The notes under the pieces are model-generated. The model searched no databases. It worked only from the letters and a program-made list of their open reading frames with translations, and was not told the DNA's origin. Source: Longimicrobiales bacterium (GTDB lineage: Bacteria > Gemmatimonadota > Gemmatimonadetes > Longimicrobiales > Gaopeijiaceae). Taken from it: a stretch of 64,000 nt of DNA. Positions 57,501 through 64,000 of this stretch are shown one piece after another. Every line of letters begins with the position of its first letter. The first letter of the stretch is position 1. Location: positions 1,120,001-1,184,000 of the forward strand of contig CBDFMQ010000002.1 in the NCBI GenBank assembly GCA_965249725.1. The letters are read 5' to 3'. Both the position numbers and the translations under genes were made by a program.

Positions 57501-57682
57501 GTCTCGACCGCGTCGATCGCGGCAATGCGGCCGCTCATTCCGGCCGGGCCGATACTTCGGGCCTGCATGCCCGAGAGCCGGTCGATTCTCACCTGGCCAC
57601 CGAGGGACGGAACGACCAGAAACAGCTGGAGAACCAGGGGAGGGAGAAGCAGGAACAGTCGGACTTGGAGTCTTCCCTTCAT
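54578..57682 (-). CDS. Secreted VPS10/BNR-repeat beta-propeller protein, paralog 1
   Basis: Same motif series as 51427-54531. Confidence 0.85.
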   Translation of the reverse strand: MKGRLQVRLFLLLPPLVLQLFLVVPSLGGQVRIDRLSGMQARSIGPAGMSGRIAAIDAVETDPDVVYVGAATGGVWKSTNGGQTWRPVFDDQPLLGIGAIAIDQSNPDVVWVGTGEGNPRNSAGVGRGVYKSINGGDTWTLVGLEGSERIHRILLHPTDPDVAYVGAMGPAWSDGGMRGVFKTVDGGRSWAQVLYVDERTGVSDMVMDPTNPDKLIVGMWSFRRSPWFFESGGSGSGLYITVDGGLSWRLADGSQGLPDGDLGRIGLAIYAMDPGIVYALVEAEESALLRSSDGGRTWRTVRSGPGVNPRPFYYSDIFVDPENELRLYQLHSRIERSEDGGRTFENVGQGVHPDFHALWIDPEDPRHLYAGTDGGVYVSRDRGASWRIIDNLPVGQFYHVSVDLDVPYNVYGGMQDNGSWKGPSDLWENGGIRNYHWKEVASGDGFGTLVDAQDPNYGYAMSQGGNLMRFDVRTGERKRIRPWAPDSTSLRFSWNAAIAADPYIPGGIYYGSQFVHRSVDRGETWQIISADLTTDNPEKQRQQESGGLTRDATGAENHTTILTIAPSALSQDVVWVGTDDGKVQVTSAGGGQWYDVSGGMGGVPDSTWVAHVEASKFRPGGAFAVFDDHRRGNWEPYIYRTDDYGDDWDRIADGDDIDGYVHTLEQDPIAEDLLFAGTEFGLYVTLSGGDDWFKWTHGLPAAPVRSLVIHPRDHDLVIGTHGRAIYVLDDIRPLRELATNPGAGRTALFLFEPPSAYVHATAEADGYHFVADAIFQGHTRDPGVLLSYWLGEDDPEEPVDEPVRIEVLDFEDRIVRTFEGTRSPGLNRVAWDLREDLPAILLDSQSVGRSGSRPAPRGLQVLPGLYTVRIAKGADEALRTLQVLPDPRVQVEMTDRIAKYQALEKAQGLDVRTADLRRAIASVREGIERVVELLESDGRPVTTELVTSARGLLTALDEVADFRDVDQYRSGVSGLSSSYDRPTEGQRIDLIRMEEALGLLTDEIDGILLLDVPRFRDRVEAVGIDVFPSVGPIG

Positions 57683-57902
57683 GCTGCGTTGGCTCGAATC
57701 AGGTGCGCGGAACGGGGGATCGCTCTGTCCTGCCGGTCGGACGGGGGAATCTGCCAGGAGGTCGGGTGACCCGCAAACGCCGCACGAGATGTTTAGCGAT
57801 GGCCCAACGGAGAACGGAACGGTGTCGCGAGACCCGACCGGGTGCCCATATTAGAACCCAACTCACCGCCACTATCACCCCAAACGCCAAACCTGACCGC
57901 CG

Positions 57903-59285
57903 ATGACGGCACCTGACGACGGGTCCACTCCCACTGTACCCGCTCGGGCCCTGGTCATTTCCCTGGGAGCACTTGCCGTTCCGGCGGGATCCGCGCTTCT
58001 GGTACCCGACATCTTGGGCGAACACGGGGCCTTCCTCTGGCTCCTGGCGCTGGTACCGGCGTTTCTCCTGGCCTACTACAAGGGGTGGCGCGGCGCGGCC
58101 GTGGCGTTGGCGGCGGGCATGGCGACCCTGTCGGTCACGCAGGTCGTCGCGCTGCTCATGGGACTCACGATTCCCGATGGTCTATTCGCGGTGGTCGTCG
58201 CCTATATCGTCATTACCCTCGGCGTCGGCTGGATGGCGGAGGTGCTGTTACGCGACAAGATGCGGATGGAGGGCATGGCCTTCGAGGATGGGCTGACCCA
58301 CCTCCCCAACCGTCGCCACGCACGGGTCTTCCTGGAGAACGAGTTTGCGGCGGCACAACGCGGGCGTTTGATGTGCGTGGTCCTTTTCGACCTGGACAGC
58401 TTCAAGGGCTACAACGACAGCTACGGGCACGCAGCTGGGGACGAAGCGCGCGAGGTCTTCGCCGATATCCTCGAGAAGACCACCCGGCGCATGAATCTGT
58501 CCGCTCGCTTCGGGGGCGAAGAGTTCCTCTCGATTCTCGCAGGATCGGACCTCGAGGGGGCCATGGCGTTCGCCGAGCGGGTCCGAAGCCGGCTCAAGGC
58601 GCGGAAGTTGGGCAACGGGCCACTCACCGTCAGCGCCGGGGTCGCCCAGCATCATCCGAGCATGAGCACACCCGATGAAGTACTGGCGGCTGCCGATCAC
58701 GCGCTCTACCGAGCCAAGCGCGAGGGACGGGATACGGTACGACTGTTCGGAACAACCTTGCTGGACGCTGATGCGGATCAGGCTCCGCTGCTGGAGGGTG
58801 ACGCTCTGGGTCCGGCCGACTCCGGCGAATACCCTCGAACGGCCGAAGAAATCGGTAAGAGCCGGCCACCCGTCATTCTGCTTCCTCATGAAATCACGGC
58901 CTTCGGCGCAGGACGTAGGATTCTCCTGGTGGAGGATGAAGATCCGGTCAAGGAGTTGATCTCCAGTTACCTAGACCGCGAGGGCTTCTTGGTATCCGAG
59001 GTCACCGATGTCACGTCAGCGCTTCGGATGTTGGCGACCGAGTTCGACGTCATCGTCACGTCCCAGCTGCTCTCCGAGGGAAGCAGTACACAGTTGGTGA
59101 AAGCCGTGAAGTCGCGCTGGCCGGGCACTCAGGTCGTGGTGACGACCACGTCGAGCGGGGCGCATGCCACCGCCGAGGCCCTGGTCTCCGGCGCCGACCG
59201 GCACATGGTGAAGCCGTTTGGAATGCCTGAGTTGAGGTCCCAGTTGGTGGACTGTCTGGCGCGTCGGGACCGCTGGAGCTCGTGA
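57903..59285 (+). CDS. Membrane-anchored diguanylate cyclase with degenerate receiver domain
   Basis: N-terminal TMs, DGLTHLPNRR, DLDSFK..ND.YGH, GGEEF; REC has VTS instead of VTD. Confidence 0.85.
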   Translation: MTAPDDGSTPTVPARALVISLGALAVPAGSALLVPDILGEHGAFLWLLALVPAFLLAYYKGWRGAAVALAAGMATLSVTQVVALLMGLTIPDGLFAVVVAYIVITLGVGWMAEVLLRDKMRMEGMAFEDGLTHLPNRRHARVFLENEFAAAQRGRLMCVVLFDLDSFKGYNDSYGHAAGDEAREVFADILEKTTRRMNLSARFGGEEFLSILAGSDLEGAMAFAERVRSRLKARKLGNGPLTVSAGVAQHHPSMSTPDEVLAAADHALYRAKREGRDTVRLFGTTLLDADADQAPLLEGDALGPADSGEYPRTAEEIGKSRPPVILLPHEITAFGAGRRILLVEDEDPVKELISSYLDREGFLVSEVTDVTSALRMLATEFDVIVTSQLLSEGSSTQLVKAVKSRWPGTQVVVTTTSSGAHATAEALVSGADRHMVKPFGMPELRSQLVDCLARRDRWSS

Positions 59286-59842
59286 GGGCGGCCGAGGCGA
59301 AGGACCCCTCTACCGTCGGCCATGGTGAGGTGGTCGCCGCAATGGTCCTGGGGCTCGTCGACGAGCTGGACCCAGCTGACGACACTTTGGATCGTGGGGC
59401 CGTTCGGCTGGGAGCGCTGATACACGACATCGGCAAGATCTCACTCCCCGAGGCTCTCCTGACCAAGAACGGCCCCCTCGACCCGGATGAATGGGAGGTG
59501 ATGCGGACCCACACCGGAGTGGGACGCCAGCTCCTCGCTCCGCTCCTGCACGACGCCACCGTGGATGCGGCGGTGTCCTGGCACCATGAAAGATGGGACG
59601 GGACGGGCTATCCGGACGGGCTCGCCGGAGAGGCCATCCCGATGACCGTGCGCATAACGGCGATCGCAGACGCTCTCGCCGCCATGACGAGCGCCAGGGC
59701 CTTCAGGGAGGCCCTATCCTTCGATGCGGCGATCGAGGAGATTCGGGCCGGTTTCGGAACCCGTTACGATCCGGGTCTGAGTGATGTCTTCGAAGCGGCG
59801 CTGCCCGCACTCCGCAAGGCAGGCGCCGCACGAGGATCCTAG
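59282..59842 (+). CDS. HD-GYP phosphodiesterase domain (probably the detached C-terminus of the upstream gene)
   Basis: EAKDP.T.GH, HDIGK, HHERWDGTGYP, ADA. Confidence 0.8.
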   Translation: MRAAEAKDPSTVGHGEVVAAMVLGLVDELDPADDTLDRGAVRLGALIHDIGKISLPEALLTKNGPLDPDEWEVMRTHTGVGRQLLAPLLHDATVDAAVSWHHERWDGTGYPDGLAGEAIPMTVRITAIADALAAMTSARAFREALSFDAAIEEIRAGFGTRYDPGLSDVFEAALPALRKAGAARGS

Positions 59843-59846
59843 CCCG

Positions 59847-60512
59847 CTAGAAGCCCAGCACGAACGCAAGGTCCACAACCAGGTAGCGCTCCCGCAACAC
59901 CCCACGGGAGGCGAGGTCCAGGTCCACCCTGCCGTAGCGTACGCCCGGACTCAGCCCGAACCGCTCGGCGACCGGAATCAGGATTCCGGCCCCCGCCTCG
60001 ATCCCCCAACCCCGATCCGATTCCTCTCGCACGGTCGAAGGTGTCGCTCCTGAGGCTGGCGTACCGAGATCGGCCTCCAAGAGGGCTGCCACGGCACCGA
60101 TCCGTAACCACGGTACGACCCCGGAGGTGCGGAGGTTAATGCGCAGCCCCACGTCCCAAGCCGTAGAGACCAAGTCCGTCTCGGCGCCGCACCCCGCTTC
60201 GGGACATTCGAAACGGTACTCGCTGAATCCCACCAGATAGCCCAGATGGCCACTGGTCAAAGCGAAGTGTACTCCGAACCCTGCCCCGGCAGCCGCCTCC
60301 CCTTCCCAGCCGTTTGTGCCGGCGAAGTCGCCAACGGGAATCGAGGCGCCACCGTTCACCTCCATCTGCATAACGGAGAGCTGCGCCCTCAACGGCGAAG
60401 CGACGATCACGCTCAAGGCGCTCATCACGGCTACCGCGACCATCGCGCTTCGCATCACCTTTGCCATCCCAGGGTCGAGGCCTCCGATTCCCCGTATCTC
60501 TGTGTTTCTCAT
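59847..60512 (-). CDS. Outer-membrane beta-barrel protein
   Basis: Signal-peptide-like segment, alternating beta strands, terminal Phe; start uncertain. Confidence 0.65.
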   Translation of the reverse strand: MRNTEIRGIGGLDPGMAKVMRSAMVAVAVMSALSVIVASPLRAQLSVMQMEVNGGASIPVGDFAGTNGWEGEAAAGAGFGVHFALTSGHLGYLVGFSEYRFECPEAGCGAETDLVSTAWDVGLRINLRTSGVVPWLRIGAVAALLEADLGTPASGATPSTVREESDRGWGIEAGAGILIPVAERFGLSPGVRYGRVDLDLASRGVLRERYLVVDLAFVLGF

Positions 60513-60666
60513 GGCCGTATGCTAGGGCCTATCCCGCATACCGCCAAGCTGGGCCATCGAGCCTCCGCAGGGCCCTCGGAGGGCAAGCCACGCCCTCGGT
60601 TGCCCGCCGACTGGTCGCCGACCTACCCTTCGCCTACCTCGACCCCAACCGAACCGGTGATTGCAT

Positions 60667-61839
60667 ATGACGGCATCTCGTACAGCGCTGAGAACACACG
60701 GCTTCATGGAGTCCGTGATTCGTGAAATGACCCGCGTGGCTCGTGAGCACGACGCCATCAATCTCGCGCAGGGGTTCCCCGATTTTCCGGCACCCCAGCT
60801 ACTCAAGGATGCCGCGTGTGAGGCGATCCAGGGCGATGTGAACCAGTACGCCATCACCTGGGGATCACCGGCGATGCGTGACGCCCTCGTGGCCAAGTAC
60901 GAGAAATGGTACGGCATGACCGTGGACGGGGAGCGGGAGATCACGGTCACGTGTGGCGCTACGGAAGCGATGGCCTCGATCATGCTCGCCGTCATCAACC
61001 CGGGTGATGAGGTGATCGTGCTGGAACCCTTCTACGAAAACTATGGACCCGACGCTATCCTGTCGGACGCCAAACCGGTTTTTCTTCCGTTGGAGCCCCC
61101 CGATTTCCGGCTCGATGTGGATCGCCTCGAAGCGCTGGTGACCGACCGCACCCGAGCCATCATCATCAACACACCGAACAATCCCACTGGCCGGGTCCTC
61201 GATCGGGCTGAGCTGGAGGCGATCGCCGACGTCTGTCGGAGACACGATGTGCTCGCCATCACCGACGAGATCTACGAGCACATCTATTACGAGGGTGAGC
61301 ACATCCCGATGGCGACGCTGGACGGGATGCGTGAGAGGACCATCACCGTAAGCGGCCTCTCAAAGACGTTCAGCGTGACGGGATGGCGAATCGGGACCGT
61401 GATCGCCCCGGCCGACCTCACGGACGCCATCCGCAAGGTGCACGACTTCCTCAGCGTCGGTGCCCCGGCTCCACTCCAAGAGGCGTGTGCCGTGGGCATG
61501 ATGGAACTGGACGAGTCGTACTACGAAGCGATGATCGATGACTATCGCGTACGACGCGAGGCGCTCTTTGAAGGACTGGTCGAGGCGGGCTTTCAGTGCC
61601 GAAGGCCCCAGGGCGCATACTACGTCCTGGCGGATTTTTCGACCCTGAGCGACGAGTCGAGTGACGACTTTTCGCGGCGGCTCACTCGGGAGGCCGGCGT
61701 GACACCCGTCCCGGGCTCCAGCTTCTACTCGGACCCGGAGTTGGGCCACTCCTTGGTGCGCTTCGTGTTCTGCAAGAGGGCGGCCACGCTGGAGGCGGCG
61801 AGTGAACGGCTACGGGCATTCGCTCGCAGTGGAGGCTGA
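60667..61839 (+). CDS. Class I/II PLP aminotransferase (YbdL/DapC-like)
   Basis: INLAQGFPDF, NTPNNPTG, TDEIYE, SKTFSVTGWRIG. Confidence 0.9.
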   Translation: MTASRTALRTHGFMESVIREMTRVAREHDAINLAQGFPDFPAPQLLKDAACEAIQGDVNQYAITWGSPAMRDALVAKYEKWYGMTVDGEREITVTCGATEAMASIMLAVINPGDEVIVLEPFYENYGPDAILSDAKPVFLPLEPPDFRLDVDRLEALVTDRTRAIIINTPNNPTGRVLDRAELEAIADVCRRHDVLAITDEIYEHIYYEGEHIPMATLDGMRERTITVSGLSKTFSVTGWRIGTVIAPADLTDAIRKVHDFLSVGAPAPLQEACAVGMMELDESYYEAMIDDYRVRREALFEGLVEAGFQCRRPQGAYYVLADFSTLSDESSDDFSRRLTREAGVTPVPGSSFYSDPELGHSLVRFVFCKRAATLEAASERLRAFARSGG

Positions 61840-61858
61840 CGGGTTGGTCTAGGAGTCT

Positions 61859-63154
61859 TCACTCTGGTGCGGGTCTGGCGCTTCCTCGACGGTTGCTTGC
61901 CCCAGTGGGTGCTGGCCCGGTGGGTGCTGCCCCGGTGGGTACTTCCCCAGTGGGTACTGCCCCAGTGGGCGCACCGACCGGCAGCGCCTCGTCCTCCTGT
62001 TCTACCACGGCAATCTGACCCTCCCACTGACGCATCATGCGAATGAAGGACTGCGCCAGATCGGCATCGAACTCCGTCCCTGATCCCTCGTCGAGCAGAC
62101 CCAAGACGCGCTCGGTCTCCCACGCCCCCCGGTAGGGCCGGTCCGTCCGGAGCGCGTCGAAGACGTCGCAGACGTGGACGAGGTTGCTCGCCTGGTGGCA
62201 GGCTCTGGGAAAGCGCAGCGACGGATACCCACCGCCGTCGATCTTGATGTGATGCTCGTACGCCACCACGGCGGCCAGATCCAAGTGCTGCTCCGTCTCG
62301 ATGATGATCTGTGCACCGGCGATCGTGTGGTTGTTCATCACGGTACGCTCGTCGTCGGTGAGCTTGCCCGGCTTGTTCAGAATGTCCTCGGGGATGGTCA
62401 CTTTGCCGAGGTCGTGCATCAGTCCGCTGATGCCGAACGCACGGACCTCTTTCGGCCCCAGTCCGATGAACTCGGCCAGCGCCATGGCCAGAACAGACAC
62501 GTTCATCGCGTGCGTCGTCGTGTACTGATCGAATTGCTTCAGCCGCACCAACGGAATGAGGAACTGCTGGTCACCGTGCATCGCCACGGTGAGGGATCGT
62601 ACGATGGCCTCCGCCTCCAAGAGGTGCAGCTCGCTGTCCTCCTTCAGCTCCCCGTGCAGCCAGTCCACAGCCTCGACCTCTTCTCTCAGCGTAAAGGCTA
62701 CCGCGCTGTCGGCCTTGCGCTCCTCCCCGTCCTCCAACCGCCGTCCCTGTCCCTTGACTCCCACGATGCCGTACTGGATGGCGGTCGGTCTCTGCTGACG
62801 AGCTTCGGCAGTGCTGATGAAGACTCCTGTGAGCCGCGCCTGGACGTCGTAGAGAAACACCTCGAGGTCGTCTCGCGTCACAGGGCCCGTGAACTCCAGC
62901 CTCTGAATGCCGACGCCGCCCAGTCGAGCACCCCATCCCCATCGCTTCAGGGAAGGAAGCGGGCGACCCTGGAAGACGATCTCATTGCCCACGAAGGTGA
63001 ACTCGGGCTCCGAGACCTCCTCCTGCAGCCTGAGAATCGCCTCGTGTACACCATCGACCGCTCGTTCGCGCGCCGGATGACCCTCCTCGTAGAGGGACAT
63101 GCTCGACACGGTCTGGGCCAGGTGCGTAAGGAAGTGGGTGGCACTCTCGCTCAA
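61859..63154 (-). CDS. HD-GYP domain protein
   Basis: YTTTHAMNV, HDLGK, EHH..IDGGGYP, DVFDALR. Confidence 0.88.
   Translation of the reverse strand: MSESATHFLTHLAQTVSSMSLYEEGHPARERAVDGVHEAILRLQEEVSEPEFTFVGNEIVFQGRPLPSLKRWGWGARLGGVGIQRLEFTGPVTRDDLEVFLYDVQARLTGVFISTAEARQQRPTAIQYGIVGVKGQGRRLEDGEERKADSAVAFTLREEVEAVDWLHGELKEDSELHLLEAEAIVRSLTVAMHGDQQFLIPLVRLKQFDQYTTTHAMNVSVLAMALAEFIGLGPKEVRAFGISGLMHDLGKVTIPEDILNKPGKLTDDERTVMNNHTIAGAQIIIETEQHLDLAAVVAYEHHIKIDGGGYPSLRFPRACHQASNLVHVCDVFDALRTDRPYRGAWETERVLGLLDEGSGTEFDADLAQSFIRMMRQWEGQIAVVEQEDEALPVGAPTGAVPTGEVPTGAAPTGPAPTGASNRRGSARPAPE
61899..61973. repeat. 15-bp tandem repeat x5 encoding a PTG-x-x tail
   Basis: GCCCCAGTGGGTGCT-like units; protein PTGAVPTGEVPTGAAPTGPAPTGA. 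Confidence 0.85.
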
Positions 63155-64000
63155 GATGCTTCTCCAGCAGCTTTGATCTCGGGGTCCTTTGAACGTCGTG
63201 CCTCTTTGAGCACCTTCGCAACGCGGGCCTCGTCGGGCCAGAACCGGCCCAATGTCTGCAACGCCGCCAGCAGCTCCATGGTGTTCGGCGCCAGAATCGG
63301 CCTACCGAAGATCGTCTTGCCAGTCGAAGTCAGCGTCAACAGAGTCTCCAGAACAAGAGGCGATTTGGACACCCCGGCCGCCCGGATTCCGAAGGCCCGA
63401 ATCTCCGGACTCCGATCCCCGAGCACGACCCGATTCACGAGGATCGGGACGAGGGTCTCGGGCACCGACTCGCCCAGTTCGAGCAGCCCCATCCGGACCA
63501 CCCGTTCGTCCTCGTCCGCCAGAGCGTTGGCGAGCGTCTTCTGGCGGAGTCCGGTCCGGATGGCCAACGGGAACGCTTCTCGTCTCACCCTTCGGTCGGG
63601 ATGGCCGAGAAATTCCGCCACGTCGAAGTCTTCGTGGAGTTCGTCGAGCGTCTGGATCAACATGAGCAGGTTGCGGATCGCCCACCACTGAGGGTCTTCG
63701 AGGCGACGGAACGTGCCTTCCCAGACCTCTGATCCGAACTGGACCAAGGTGTCTAGCACGATCTGTCTTCGCTCTTTCGAGTCCGAACTGACCAGGGCGT
63801 CGAGAAGCGGCTCAATGGCGGCAGACCCCATGCCGGCGACAATGGCGTTCATCGATCCCACCTCGATTTCGTCGGCGGAAAGCATCCGACTCAACTGCTT
63901 GGGATTCGCAAGGTGGTCCGTGATCCGCTTGGCGGTGCCACTGTCTGAAGCGTCATTGGCCATCTGAATGAGGAACGAAGCCTTCCCCTGCTCGAGAAGG
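63151..64000 (-). CDS. HEAT-repeat protein, 5' end outside the window
   Basis: Helical repeats (DPQWWAIRN, HPDRRVRREA, DEDERVVR); frame stays open to the window edge. Confidence 0.75.
   Translation of the reverse strand, partial: LLEQGKASFLIQMANDASDSGTAKRITDHLANPKQLSRMLSADEIEVGSMNAIVAGMGSAAIEPLLDALVSSDSKERRQIVLDTLVQFGSEVWEGTFRRLEDPQWWAIRNLLMLIQTLDELHEDFDVAEFLGHPDRRVRREAFPLAIRTGLRQKTLANALADEDERVVRMGLLELGESVPETLVPILVNRVVLGDRSPEIRAFGIRAAGVSKSPLVLETLLTLTSTGKTIFGRPILAPNTMELLAALQTLGRFWPDEARVAKVLKEARRSKDPEIKAAGEAS

Overview
A high-GC, gene-dense bacterial chromosomal segment with about 55 CDS and one tRNA-Leu(TAA). No integrase, transposase, CRISPR or rRNA was seen. Gene content (TonB receptors, tandem VPS10/BNR proteins, acidobacterial-type PadR, HEAT plus HD-GYP pair) suggests a diderm organism such as Gemmatimonadota; this is inference only. 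Housekeeping blocks are rnz-tyrA-aroA-cmk-rpsA, nadA-nadC, aldolase-rpiA-rpe and trxC-argR-argG-argH. Accessory blocks are a MASE3/PAS hybrid kinase-RR-Hpt phosphorelay, an ergothioneine locus, an amino-sugar/GT2/GT-C glycosylation cluster and c-di-GMP genes. Most notable: (1) an egtB/egtD/egtC locus lacking egtA and egtE, with a Ser/Thr-dehydratase-family gene 2 nt upstream of egtC, a betaine-type ABC importer and a TonB receptor; (2) an unannotated Phe/Tyr leader-peptide attenuator in front of an internally deleted aroF; (3) several frame lesions (G9 tract in hpt, egtB-egtD pseudo-fusion, split GGDEF/HD-GYP) that may be biological or sequencing errors; (4) structured leaders upstream of nadA and rpsA. 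All calls come from reading motifs by eye; no database search was run.
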